Shown here one piece after another: positions 1 through 14,432 of a DNA stretch of 64,000 nucleotides. Made by a program: the position numbers and the translations under genes. The notes beneath the pieces are model-generated. The model made no database searches and was not told the origin of the DNA. It saw only the letters and a program-made list of their open reading frames with translations. The DNA is from Macrostomum lignano (Eukaryota). The stretch is taken from positions 95,520 to 159,519 of the forward strand of contig NIVC01001674.1 of the NCBI GenBank assembly GCA_002269645.1, given 5' to 3'. Positions within the stretch are counted from its first letter, which is position 1. Each line of letters starts with the position of its first letter.

Positions 1-850
1 GTCTGTTGTCGATACTTCTTGACCAGGTACTACACGTAAAAATCTAGCATTTTCCAAGCTAACTGAGCCTAGGAGCCAGCAGTTTCATCAGTGGAAGAAT
101 CAAGCTGCTGAAGAGACGGCTTGCCTTTTCATTGTCTATGGCATAGATCTTATATTCCCTAGATAGGCCACTTTGTATGGCGTTAAAAGGGAAAGTGCGA
201 CCGCTGTTTTTCGTTACTTGTGCGTAAAAGCCGACATGGGTTGCTTATAAATTTGAGTTCAGTAGCTTAGAGACATAGACGCTATTTTTTGAGAATACGA
301 AAATAACTTCTCATTATCTCAATGAAAAACGACTCCATCAAACTAAGAATAATGCATGCACTGCAGAAACTACTGACGAAATTGAGTTCAGTAGTTGATT
401 TTCGCGCTGCCGCGAGTTGCAAATTTTTTCACATTAGCTTCTATGGCCCCATAAGTGGTTAATGAATGGCCCATCTTGTGTATATATGATCTTTGGCCTT
501 CATTGTCTTAGCAAGTACAAAGATCATATATAAGATCTATGAGCAAGATACACTGTGTGAAAATTATTTATAAAACATGGATATAAGGATATTCCGAGAC
601 ATTGCTCCACACAAAACACCCTTTTGAGCCATAGACAACGAACAGATTTGATTGGGTTGGAAAATCCGCGGAAATACCCATTTTACAGCTGGGTGTGAAC
701 GGAAGCAATGCAGAGTTCGATCCTTGATCTTCCATTCGTGAGTCCGAAGCTCTAACCATTAGGCTACAATCCCAAGTGATTCTTAGAATACAGTATTTTA
801 TAAAATTATTTTTCCTAGAAATATTGCATAATACACGAACTTTAGTTCAG

Positions 851-2236
<1,386 letters not shown>

Positions 2237-3771
2237 AACGCAAATAAAAATGGAATATGGAGGACTAAATAAGCAACATCGGTTCAATTTCGATTTCAAA
2301 AATAGCAGCAGACTAAGTTGCTGTGTGCCAACTTGGTAGACAAATGACAAAAAATTCATGTAATGGCGTGGGCTCACAGCTTCTTCATAAGTTATTAACA
2401 GCTTATTCCTTTAAATTTTCTTGGACACATTATAAACCAATCGTTTATCATGCATAGCCCACCTGGGTGGTTATAATATGTTTCAATACAGTTTTTATTG
2501 CAAACCCGAAGGACATTCTTTTTTATAATCATTGTTATTGAAAACTATAATTTGCGTCCAGGTGGGAAATTACGAGTAATCAGTTTTAACAAAAATAAAT
2601 ATATACTTTTCTCTGAACTAAACAGCAATTAAAATTTAAACAATCTGGTGTATTAAATACGCTGAATTTATAAAATTAAAAATATCAATGCGATCGAATT
2701 TCCGGCTCTGGCGCAAATTTAAATTAATTAAATATTGTTCTGATCGTTAATGAGTTCTACACGTTTAAACACAGCTAATGTACCGCCTGCAACCGCCAAA
2801 TTTATTTATTTTCGATCAGATTTGATGTCAGATCAAATTTGCATGACGTTAAAGCCAGTTTTTTACTGGTCGACCGAATACTTTGGTAAATTACGCATTC
2901 TCGTTCCTGTCTCAGAGAGCTATCGACATCGGCTGTGGCCTTTTCGCCTAGTTCTTGGATAAGCCGTGTAGGTCAGCTTTTTGGAACGTAGAGAGAGAAT
3001 TTGAATCTGCCATATCAGACCCACAAATATATCTATTTTATTACATTCCATAATCAAATCTAATAAACGACTGAGCACAAGGCATTTCAAAAAAACCCCA
3101 ACATATTTATTACATGTCGATCAAAAAGCGTATGAAGAGCATTCTCGACGTTTGTTTAAACGTTAAGAAATATACTGTCACTTTTGAAACAATTTAAACC
3201 AAAAAACTTGGAACATTTGTTAAATTTCTGAGTTTATCATTGCACTTCATCATATGCTCTTATTTTTTGGCACGTCTGACATTTTTAATCTCTGAAATTT
3301 TGACATGTCAGAACATTTTTGGCATGTTCGACATTTTGGCCACATGCAGAAAAGGCTCTGCTTTATCTGCAGTCTTCTCACTTCCTCGACAATTGCTCCT
3401 CTTCTACCTCAATCCTCAATAACATAAAACCCAATCAAACAGAATTTTATGTTGCAGTTGCTAATCCAGTGGCCGGGTTAGAATTGGTTTTCTTCCACTC
3501 ATCTTTTTTGCGTACAACAAAACGAACGATCGCATTGTGCGCATGTCCCACCCACTGCCAAGCCTCTCTGTGAGTTGCCGTTGCTTAGGAAACGGCAGAT
3601 CCAGTGAGTAGCGGACTGGAGCGGATCTCTGTATTGAAAAAACCACGGCAGTGCATTTGCTGAAATTCGGCAGTGCACTGTTACTGCGGCTGCTCACATG
3701 CGCTCGTGCAATGGCAGCTTTTTTTATTGCATTCGCCATCTGCACATGGGCCATCCAGCCTCCTGCCAGAA

Positions 3772-4017
<246 letters not shown>

Positions 4018-4339
4018 TGTACTCCTGCGTCTATATCGTACATGGAAGTGTTTCTGTGAATCAGTATGCCTTCTGCTGCCGTCCTGTCCTTGTCTATGTT
4101 GCCATTGTTTTGATAGTTCGAAGATCCTCTGATAATCTTCTTAATTGGCAGATTAAACTGCAGATTCAGCCCTTCCATGATTTGGTTGCATGATTGCTGC
4201 ACATTTTTGCAATGCTGTTGGCAATTCTTGGAAGGTGGATTCGTGGACCTTATTGAAGGCCTTTCGTACTCCTCATTCCAGCTAAATGAATTCTTTGAGC
4301 GTAAAGAGGTCTTAGCGTTGAGGTACATTCCGCGATCGA

Positions 4340-4600
4340 GTCTGTGAATGGTCTGTCTGATTCACTAAGCCCATGAATGCGCGTAACTCTGTAATATTAG
4401 ACAGCTCTGGAAATTGAGCAATGTCTGCTGTCATGCCAGGGATTACCAGATAACTGTTTCGTGATAGCAAAAATACGCGAACGTGGCATTTTCTCGACGA
4501 AGACAAGAAATATGAACTTCTTTATATTCAATGCAATTCCTCTCTCGTCACAATGATTAAGTTCACGAACAGCCTGAATGTTGGCTGTAGGGGCGTCGAC
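4340..4600 (-). pseudogene. Degenerate Ty3/Gypsy RT/connection fragment
   Basis: Frameshifted pieces IQAVRELNHCDERGIALNIKKFIF and [19 protein letters not shown] resemble the RT C-terminus (L..KC.F) and the P.NxxELRxFLG motif. Confidence 0.65.
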
Positions 4601-5322
4601 CCCAGGTAGCTTGTCGGGGAATTGGACTGGCGACTCCGGGGAGAAAAAAAATGCCATTAAAAAAGAAAATGATTCACAGAAAGCTGATTGAAACTCTGTC
4701 TATGCTTTTTTACCGCATCACTGCTTATTTCAATGTATAATTTCAAACGCAACACACGTTTGGATGTTTTTCTTCACTATGAGTCTTTCAATCAAGCCAA
4801 TTGCACCTAGAAACCCGTCAGGAAAAAAAGCCTAACTGACTATTGTGTTGGTCTGCGTTGACGGCTTGATGCATTTGACGCAGGCACAGCGCTGGTCCTG
4901 CGTCAGTCACTGACGCATAGCGGGGTGTCATTCAGTCACTAAATGCTCCCTATTAGACAAGGATAAAATGGTGATTTTAAGAAATAAAATCTGCAAGAAA
5001 TAAAAATTCCGATTATAAAAACAGTCTCATTCATGAATTATCCTCCGATCCTCGTCCAAAGCTTAAATCAGAGTTTAAAAAAGCCACTTAAAATCTAAGT
5101 TATCCTCTGTTTTTACTTATTTTTTCTTGATGACAGTCAAGAAGCCGGGGAATGACAGTAAATTTCCCCGGGGTCCCCGATAAGAAAATCCCCCGTGGAA
5201 TCGACATCCCTAGTTGGCTGTGATAGTCACACTTATGCAGTCGTTCACAATGTAGCGAGTATCTTTCAAACCTTGCAGAACAATTTCCAGTCTCCTGTTG
5301 TAATATTAAGAAATAGAGCGCC

Positions 5323-5640
5323 ATGCTAGGAGGCGCCATTCGAAAACTATCGACCATAGAGAGTAATAAACTGCAGCCAGTTGAGCCAGTGAAACACGTC
5401 CAAGTTGCCACCTTCTATATTCGAGATCGGCGAATGGGTGCTCGTGAGGCGGCCCTTTGCTCGTGGCAAACTAAGCAGCCGCCTGTCCGAGCCCCATGTG
5501 ATTTTGAGAATTACGAGCGCCCACCACCGTGATCCTCAGCCACGACTCCTGCTGACATGTCGACAACTGCGTGCCGTTACATGTCCTCTGCCCACGGAAG
5601 CGGCAGAGGACACAGAGCCTTTGCAGCCTTAGCAACGTGG
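5323..5640 (+). pseudogene. Degenerate Gypsy integrase C-terminal (GPY/F-module-like) fragment
   Basis: FEIGEWVLVRRPFARGKLSSRLSEPHVILRI resembles the F.VGD.VLV....KL...W.GPY.V pattern. Confidence 0.5.
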
Positions 5641-6966
5641 GAACACAATAACCGGGCGCTCCTGCACTGGTATGATGGTATAAATGAGCCACAATGAGTC
5701 AACAAACTGAGAATAATGAACGCTTAGAAATTTATCAGTTGCGGACTTAATTGATGCTATAATTATGGTGCTGCCAGTATTGTTTGAGTTTTTTTTATAC
5801 AAGTGGTTGCGTAAATTTTATTTCATTTACTTCTCAAGCAGTAATCGAATTTCGTTTTCGTTTTTTATTTTTTTGTATCGAGTTGGTCAGACAATTGGTA
5901 GTGAATTGTTTTATTGTTTTGATGATACCAGCAAGCCTTTCGAACTGGACCTCCTATCGAAAGTGCGCTGCATGCAATTGTCCACAAGCTGGAGCGCGGC
6001 GTGCTCGTCAGTGGATACGCGCTCTCGCTCTTTCTCAATCGACATTGATGGTAACCTTCGATAATGTGCTTCTTGAAGCCCTGGAATTGCCATCTCGCAC
6101 CTCCTCGGACACTCCGAGGTGGAGTCCTCTCCCAATCCTCTGAAGATTCGTCATGAACGATTCGCTCAGCAGTCCGTATCCGGAGTCGGTGCAGAAGATA
6201 GGCTTATGCGGACGATGTCACGTCACTGTGGCTGGACCATCGATCACCCGCGGTCCTACGAGACCCCCGATCCAAGCCTTCATCCACCGGACCAAACGCT
6301 GTGCACACAGTTGCACTCACGTTCTCTGAGTTTAAAACCATGGCTAAAGAAAATTTATATGGCAGCTTTGTTAAAACTCGTAAATGAATGCGACGTTCCG
6401 AAACTTTATTTTTTCATAAGTTTAACAACCATTTAAAAATTCAAGGCATCTGAGTTTAATTACGTCCAGTAAGAGTCCACATATAAATTGAAGTTTTAAT
6501 GTAAACACGAATTGTGGCCCGAGGAACCGCCCGTCTTAATGGACAACGGGTTCGAAATAGTCTAGACCCTGGTTTTGTTATAGAAAATTGGGCACTCTTT
6601 GAATATAGTTAGTAGCTATTGTGGTAGGACGGGGCTACCAACTGTGAAATTCTGGTACTACCGTACGTTCCTGACATTGTGTGTGTCACTCTCCCCCGCC
6701 TCCTTCCTTCGATGACGAAATCTGTCGTCATCGCCCGCTCCCGTGTTTGACCCTTCCGGTGGCCTCTCTGGTCCTTCCCCTGGCCCAACTCCTGCCCCCA
6801 CCGTTGGTCCCATTTTGGTATTAACTTTGTTTTAATTCTTTTTTTGGCTGTTTTTCGTGCGTTGACCCAACCCGGGAATCCCATCCACCGGTTGCCCCAC
6901 CGGTTTACCCACCATGTGCCCACACCCCAATTAAGCGTTCGATTTTTGCTCACTATATTATGCCAA

Positions 6967-7279
6967 CCCGCATAGCAAAATTACGTAATCCAATAGAAAG
7001 TGCGACGTCTCGGATACGTAACTTTTTGTTTGCAGGAACGTCCTTGATACGGATCCAATTTTTATGATCCTCTAAAGAAGCTGGTTTCTACCAAAATGGT
7101 GGAATAAATAATCAATAAAATTACAAGCATTATCTGTTCACCGTTTTTGTAGAAACGATAGAGCTTCTTTAGAGGATCATAAAAATTGGATACGTATCAA
7201 GGAGTCGTTCCTGCAACCAAAAAAGTTACGTATTGGAGACGTCCCACTTTCTATTGGATACGCAATTTTGCTATGCGGG
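6967..7279. mobile_element. Foldback/MITE-like long inverted repeat, ~150-bp arms with a short loop
   Basis: Left arm CCCGCATAGCAAAATT...GATCCTCTAAAGAAGCT is the near-exact reverse complement of right arm AGCTTCTTTAGAGGATC...AATTTTGCTATGCGGG. Confidence 0.85.
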
Positions 7280-10200
7280 CAATTTTTGCGTGTCCTGTCA
7301 TCTTTAAAAATACCCACCCCTTTCCTTGCTTTTACCTGTTCGTCTCTGTTCCTGTTTGCTTATTTTGACAACCAATTACTAGTTTATTCCTTGAAGACTT
7401 TTAGTTTTCCTCTGTTTCAATCGCTATAATCGCTAATAAATGAATAATAATTTTCCTGCGTTAATTTAGTTAATATCCAGCGTGACCAGTAAACTCTGTA
7501 CCAGTACATGTATTTATTTTCATTAACTAATCGAAGCAGCCCATAGCATTATCTTGAGTCATTTGCCCGTGGGGCGTAAAATCCAATTAATCGCAACTCC
7601 AAACGAGCTCTGAGAAATCAACGTTTACTCTACACTGTTAGTAAGCAACTAAGCAAATCGACGTACATTAAATCGATGGTGTCTAAGGACCCAATTGGTC
7701 CTCGGACCGTGCCTAACGAAGACCGCTCGACTACGACAACGACTATCCTCCCCCCGAATCTGAGGACCGCGGCAAACGGAGTATTCAGGAGAAAACCCGT
7801 TGAGATTCGACTTCGCGATTTTCCGGATTCATTCGTGCGAACTCAACACCGGCGGCATTTCAAATTTACCAATCGGCCCAATTTCTAAAATACCTAAGGG
7901 TAATGAGGTCAGGGGGGGGTTTGAAAGATAGTTCTGGAGCCGTGGGGTTTTGACTCGTTCTTTCCAGCCGTTTGAATCGGTGCGCTTCGACGCTTCAAAC
8001 AAAACTTAAACGAAAACCTCGGCTTGCAAATGACGGGAGCTCCGCTGCTGAGTTCCTCAAGCTCAGGGGGAGGGTAGCTGTGGTCGCGGCTGAGCGGTCT
8101 AGTTTTGCCGACGTTCAGGATGCCGAATGCAGATCTTTGTAGCCGAATTGGGGGCTTCAAAATAAGCTAAATTTATCGAGAGTCTTACTAATAGTAGTAG
8201 GTCGCTGCCACCACCGCGATTGTACGCGGGAAAAGCTTTAAAGCTTCTGACTAGCTTGAGTTTCGCTCTAGCGCTTCTCTGTAGGGTCAATATAAATGCT
8301 TCCGAGGTCACGAAGGCTAAGACACCGTTTCACACACAATTATTAATGGGGCCGAAATAAATTGTGGCCAGGTAGCTGAGTAGCACTTATTATTATTATC
8401 GGCTGTTGCACGCACTATAAGCAATGTACTATGATGATAATTATTAGCTTAGATTAGTTGGTCGGGTGAGGAGCTGGTCGGGTCGGGATGCTGCTGGGCT
8501 TACAATTAGGGGCCGCTCGTAATGGGCTGTAAATAGAGTCAAGGAAGGCGGGCGATTCCACGGAGTTCGGGCACGGGCCACGAGAGTCTGGCTGGGAAAG
8601 GCGGGGCGCAGACTCTTAAAATTAAATTAGGCTCTCAGGAACCACCGGGAGGAAGCGGGTTACCCCGAATGGGAAGAGAGTTGTACACGCAAAGGAAAAG
8701 ATCGGGTACACCGGGTGGTGACGAAAATAGCACCGGGTGGACCCCAGGGAAAAGCACGGAAAAACAAAACTTAGCCAGGGGGTGGGAAGGAAAGTTACAT
8801 TGAGTGTCACAGATTTCCACGCCGGGAATGACGGTTCATTGAGTCATCCAGCCGGTGGATTACGCGTAGTGGGAGGCCGTGCCCGTAATGTATCTTCATA
8901 TCTGTTTTAAAAGTAATCATAACTTTGTACTTATTTCACATTGTGCATTATTTGTATTTGTATTCTATTTATATTTTACTGTACTTTTTACTGTACGTAT
9001 TTATATCAAGGACGACTTAAGTAGTCCTTGATTTATATAAGTTTGCATAACTGGTTTATAACGTACTTTGTTTTGTTGCTCAATATTAACTAGCGTATAA
9101 TTATAATAAATTGCCGCATCGTCATAAGAGTTCGCCGCTCTGATTCAGCACCTCTCGATTTAAAATTCCAATTATGATTTTCGGTTATTCATTTCATTAC
9201 ATACCGTAAAAAAGTCCAGACGCTCTTTCAAATACCATATTTAATACAAATATTCGTAACTTGTATTCATTCATCATTTAAAAGTATCCAACCTTTTGAA
9301 GAAGAATTAAATACATCGACTTATATTGGCCAAAGAGGCTTTTTGCCTGAGCCAAACTTACCAACTACTACTTCTAAATCTTGTTTTTTCTCCGCCCCCA
9401 CCAGGCCCACCTCACTATTTTTTTGACATGCCAGATCCTGATGCATTAAACATATAAGTATAACATCTTGACTTAACAATATGCAAGAGACGAGGTGAGT
9501 ACTAATGCCTGTTGCATTTTTTAGTTTCATTATATGATTATATACAGTGTTTTCTTTTGTAGATAGCACTAATTTATTTAACTAATATTAAAATTATAAT
9601 TAACTGTTAGACTCTTTAGTCTAGACTGATTATTTTGTAAGGCCTATGTTATGTATTTATTAATTTTGGCCCAAGGCCCCAACTTTATCATAGTCAGGAA
9701 TCAGGATCCCATATTGCGGAAGGTTTTCTGTGTACGCTGGACACATTTTTATTAAATTTTCAATTGTACGCCAACAGATTTTAAATGTACGCCAACTTAA
9801 AAATGGTAAAAAAATCAGCGAATGTTTAAATTTAAATTTAAAATACAAAAAATTGATAACGACATGATGATTGTCATGACAACTCCGGTAATTAAAATGA
9901 TTGATATATGAGAAAATAGTAGCAGAAAAAATGGTTTTTGAAATAACTTAACACAGAAAAAGCACAAAAAATTATTTATATTAATTTCTATGCTAGTCAC
10001 ATACACGACACCGTATACCACCAGGGTTTTTTGTGTGCAGAGTGTGTGTATGCACCCTAAATTTTAAAGTCGCACCCTGAAATTAAAAAAGTAGATGCAG
10101 TTTAGGTGTGGTCTTATAACCATTTTTCTTTAAAGGCTTAACCATGCTTAAGCTATTTTTCATGCATTGCCTTAAAATATGAAACAAAATAACTCTTTAA

Positions 10201-10680
10201 ATCCTATTAAGTCATATAGGCGATATAGCCTATGGTAGGGGTTCCAATGAGGTTTGTGAAATATGTCCCAAAACATGAAAAACATGAAAATGTGTCCTAC
10301 GTAGAATGAAGAAAAAGGTACTAAATTACAAATTATAAATTATAATAGAAACTAGACAAATTATACTTTCCAAAATGTGTTGAACCTTCTATGTGTCACA
10401 AAATGTATGACATAAGAAAAAAGTAATACGTGTCGAAAGTTACCACAAAAAGTGTCACAAATACGAAATGAAGCCCATAGTCAGGAAGGTGTCCAGTGTA
10501 TGCCGGAATGAAAATTAAGAAAAAATGTTGTGTACGCCAAAATTGAAAAGCCCTAAAAAAGCGCTTTTTGACGTACGCCAAAATTGAATAGCCCAAAAAA
10601 GCGTACGCCAAAATTGAGGACCCAAAAAATGCTGCAATTTACAGATTTAAAATTTACATATTAATTACCCATTAAAAAGT

Positions 10681-11808
10681 TCATTTGTTTTCAGACAACG
10701 ATTCTGACAGAGACTTATCGGCTCCGACGAATGGACACCGATTACCCTGTTCCCGGCGCCAATCAATCATTTTGATAGATTCATACTTCTTGCGAGCGCA
10801 GGCTTTGGGGTCGAAGAAGAGTGGTCCACGGTGTTGCCGCAAGCTTCTTTGACTGTCGCCAGTGTAATAAAGTTTCGCAGCTTGTCCCAAGAGTCGCTCA
10901 TTGGCACTGGTACCCACTGGCGGCAGCATCCAGCGTAGCTTCGTTCTTACCTCGAGCGTGTCATTGAGCTGACCGCCGATTTTTTGCTGCGAGCGCATTG
11001 TCACGTAGTAGGATTCGACAATCGCTTCTAAAAAAACGAAAGTTTCCATAATTACAAAGTATTAAAATTCTGCATACCTAAAACTTTTCAGACTAGCTCA
11101 TGCTCACCTGTGCCGCCGCGGTGAAGAGCAAAGTCGAGCAACAGACACGTGGCTTGACCAGCGCGGGAATAAACCCGAGGGTCCTTGTAAAAAGCCGCGT
11201 ATACTGCTGACTCGTTAAGCGTGGCGCAGACAGACTCGCCTGGCTCTGTAGTCAGTCGCAGTCGAAGCGCCAGATCGCCTGACTTGCGGGGTTCCGCAGA
11301 GACCTTAATAATGCGACCCTGTACAGCAGGTGTGAGCCAGTTATCTCGGCCGTCGCCTGAGATGAATGCCTCATGAATAGTCGTGATAAAAGCCTCCAAA
11401 TACTTCCGTGATAGGGACGACTTCACGTGCGGTGCGAGATGCTCGTGCTTTTCAGCAAGGCGGACGAGGTGCTTCATCTCAACGGCATGAGTTGCATTCT
11501 CGACTGCCTCTTCGATGTCCTCGGCAGTCAACAGGCTAACGGCAGATGCTGCATCCAGGACAATTGACGGATCCCTGACGCAGCATTTCTCCAATCGCGC
11601 AAGAAAGGAGCGGTGCAGGCTTGAAGCCAACTGGACTAGGTCCTGGAGAGAATTATAAATATATATAAGTGCGTTAATACACTAATCATGACATGACAGA
11701 AGTTTATACTTTTACACAGTAGCGGTGCTAAAACTCAGAGTTAAAAATTACCTGCTCCATATCCTGGGACTCTCGGAGTTGCCAGTCGACCCTGCTGCTT
11801 GGCCTACC
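10681..11808 (-). pseudogene. hAT transposase, 3' exons (11808-11752, 11642-11108, 11027-10681)
   Basis: Splicing yields HRGGT-EAIVESYYVTM...LNDTLEVR, matching the hAT C-terminal SSAxxERxFSxM dimerisation/catalytic-E region; introns of 109 and 80 nt. Confidence 0.82.
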
Positions 11809-11813
11809 GGTGC

Positions 11814-12685
11814 TATAGCGCTTCAAGTTTATGTCTCTTCTTCTTCACTTGTAGTTTTCCTATAGTTTGTCTAGCGGTTTATTGCAGTCTAAAAGTCTTG
11901 AAGGCTATAACTCCTAACGACTATCGAAGCTCAGTATTTTGGCTGGTCGTAGTGATCTCTCTAGATCGTTATCGCTGATCCTACTTGAGAAAGAACACAA
12001 ACACAATGATTTTCTAGTTTATCTAAACGGAACTCGAAGTGAGTCTATAATTAACCGGAGCGGTGAATCTTTTTCCGCGCTCCGCTCCGATATATATAGT
12101 GTTTTTAAAACCCCTCGATCCGAGGGGGAGATAATACCATAGCAACAGTACGCATGGGAATTTGGGGTGAGTGAGGTCGCAGCCTCGAGTCTAGTACAGT
12201 TATTGTCATTAAACTAGTTGGTTGGCAGGCACGCCAACCCCTTTCCTTTCATCGATCCCGCCTTCTTGTGCGGACTCGGCCTCCTCTCGATCTCGTTCCC
12301 GATCGGGTCCGGGCGGCTCCAGTTTCTGCTGGGTTGGGTCGATGCAGGCAGCTGCAGGTCGGGGTAGGCCGGGTTGATTCCGGGAGCTCCATGTCAGCAC
12401 AGCTGCGTTCCGGTCTCGGGCCATTCCACGTCAGCACAGCTGCGGATCCGGTCTCCAGCAGCTCCACGTCAGCGCCTCTGCGGATCCGGTCTCGGCCAGC
12501 TCCACGTTGGCACAGCTGCTGTCATGCCGAACCGGGCCTGCGCTGAAATGAATAGTTGATCTCTGGGGGCAGATTTTGTCTAATCATTCTCCTTTCGGTT
12601 GCTCGCACCTTCTGCTGTTGCTATTTTTAGTTTTAGTTACCAACTAATGCTCACTTAAATTCCATTCAGATTTCTAAGTCTTATA
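11814..12685 (-). repeat. 3' LTR (872 bp, termini TATA...TATA)
   Basis: 8 substitutions versus 23939-24810 by manual alignment. Confidence 0.96.
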
Positions 12686-12699
12686 TCATCCCCCTTTTG
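12686..12699 (-). promoter_or_regulatory. Polypurine tract
   Basis: AAAAGGGGGATGA immediately precedes the 3' LTR on the minus strand. Confidence 0.8.
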
Positions 12700-12869
12700 A
12701 AGAAATCCTTGACTGGTCAAGGGAGGTGTAGCCTATTGTCTTAATCGAGCTGCTAATCGGCTTACTACTAGTAGATCTGTGAACATATAAGACGTTTGAA
12801 ATCTGATACTTGATGAAAACGAAATCAATAAATGTGTTTGACCTGCACCGTAGATAAATATAGTTTTAC

Positions 12870-13211
12870 TTATAAATTATAGACGTGCGGGTGGTAACCA
12901 TCCAGTAGTGGCACCTGGTATTTGTCCCGGTAATGACGCCAGAAACAATCAATGGTGGGCCACTTCCTGGTGGCGGGCTCGGGCCGATACGTGGTCTCTG
13001 GTGGCCACGTGCCTTGTACTTGTCTTGTGGGGTAAAAATCCTCTAGGTAGCATTCTCGCAGGTCGGTTGTCGACGTGGCGACCGTCAGGCCGCCATCAAT
13101 CTCCTCCTCGGCCACCTGAGTGCTCGCGTCGGCCTTCAGGACCGGCCGCCCCCGGATGTCCACGTCAACAAACTTCTGGCCGGGGCGGCGGTCGTAGTCT
13201 CGGTTGGCCAT
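12870..13211 (-). CDS. Small accessory ORF of LTR element, ~113 aa
   Basis: ATG (MANRD) ORF in a GC-rich island just before the PPT. Confidence 0.45.
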   Translation of the reverse strand: MANRDYDRRPGQKFVDVDIRGRPVLKADASTQVAEEEIDGGLTVATSTTDLRECYLEDFYPTRQVQGTWPPETTYRPEPATRKWPTIDCFWRHYRDKYQVPLLDGYHPHVYNL

Positions 13212-13481
13212 CGCGCTGGAAAGGTTGTCCAATATAGGTGGCTTTCCTAGGCGTTTTTCTTTTATTCCTTAGGTTATTCTCCAGGTCTTCCTCGAATTGC
13301 TAAACTGTCTACTGTTAGTGAGTCTGTGAATATATAAAACGGTGAAATCTGAGATTGATCCCGTTATTTAATCCCTACTGGATATGATATATTAGTGTAA
13401 TTAATAAACATGGCCAGTTAGTTTTTTTTTCATTATTTAAGCGTCCTGTATGCTGCGCCAGGCTTCAACTTGATATTGGAG

Positions 13482-13742
13482 TCAGTTGCGCCACCAGGCC
13501 AGTCGCCCCGACGCCCAAGCCTTGGCTTGGCGAGCGGCGCTACGGATGACGCATTTCATCCAATAGCCCCGACGCCTTGTGGCCGATGGTGTGTCGTCGG
13601 GCCAACTTTCCTCCACGAACCTCTCCAGCTCCATTAATATTCCCACCAGCCGGACCCACCTGCGGTTGTTCATCTCCGTCTGGTGGATGACGGACTGTTG
13701 AGTTCGCATGGTCCCGATGAGTGGGATGTTGACTGTGTTCAT
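13482..13742 (-). CDS. Small accessory ORF of LTR element, 86 aa
   Basis: ATG ORF in a GC-rich island between AT-rich spacers; preceded by TTTCTAG. Confidence 0.4.
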   Translation of the reverse strand: MNTVNIPLIGTMRTQQSVIHQTEMNNRRWVRLVGILMELERFVEESWPDDTPSATRRRGYWMKCVIRSAARQAKAWASGRLAWWRN

Positions 13743-14432
13743 TGCTAGAAATTTGGATAATGTTTCGGATTCCAGTTTGAATGTTATATTTTTGTCTTTT
13801 AATCCTACGTTCTCTGTGGCATACTTGTTGCTACTACCTATCTATTGTGATTGATGTTTAAGTTCAATTGAAATGAAGTTAAACAGAGATAAGTTATGAG
13901 ATTTTCCAAAAAACCGAAACCAAAATACGATGTATTGATTGCGAATATACGTTCCTTGAGATCTCAAGTGAGTAATAACATTTCTGGGACTCTCAGGACA
14001 ATAACATGACTTAATTCATAGTGTTGTAATGGTTATAGCAGTGTGTCATGTGGTTGTGATTTGCTGGTGCTAGTACGTGTCGTAGTGAATAAACGTGTCG
14101 GAATGAATAATGAATTTGCATATAATAAATACGTGTGCCTCATCATGGAATTCGGTGAAGCCTTGTCTTTGCCTTTCTTCGCTATTCTAAGCTTGAGTTC
14201 ACATTGATTGATGGGCCTGGCTTTCCCTAGTTCACTGGTCCGATTGTTCGAGATGTGAATCACCTCCCAACTTTCTTTTAGTGAACTGGGTTCTGCTTTA
14301 AGGATTGCACATTGAGTGAGAGTGCCACAAGGATAGGACGTCCAATCGAATCGTCTTTTCTGTCCTATCGTTGCGTCAGTGTCTCAGCTCTCGTGTCTCC
14401 TTATGCCCCTAACACTTCCGGTCCCTAAGTTC

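Noticed and set aside
1-30. Possible upstream tetraspanin exon (VCCRYFLT, AG|GTAC)
   Set aside because: Phase fits, but the donor is weak and the peptide is not recognisably TM3; truncated by the window edge
12209-12559. ORFs within the LTRs (duplicated at 24334-24684)
   Set aside because: Short, overlapping on both strands and arising from GC-rich LTR repeats
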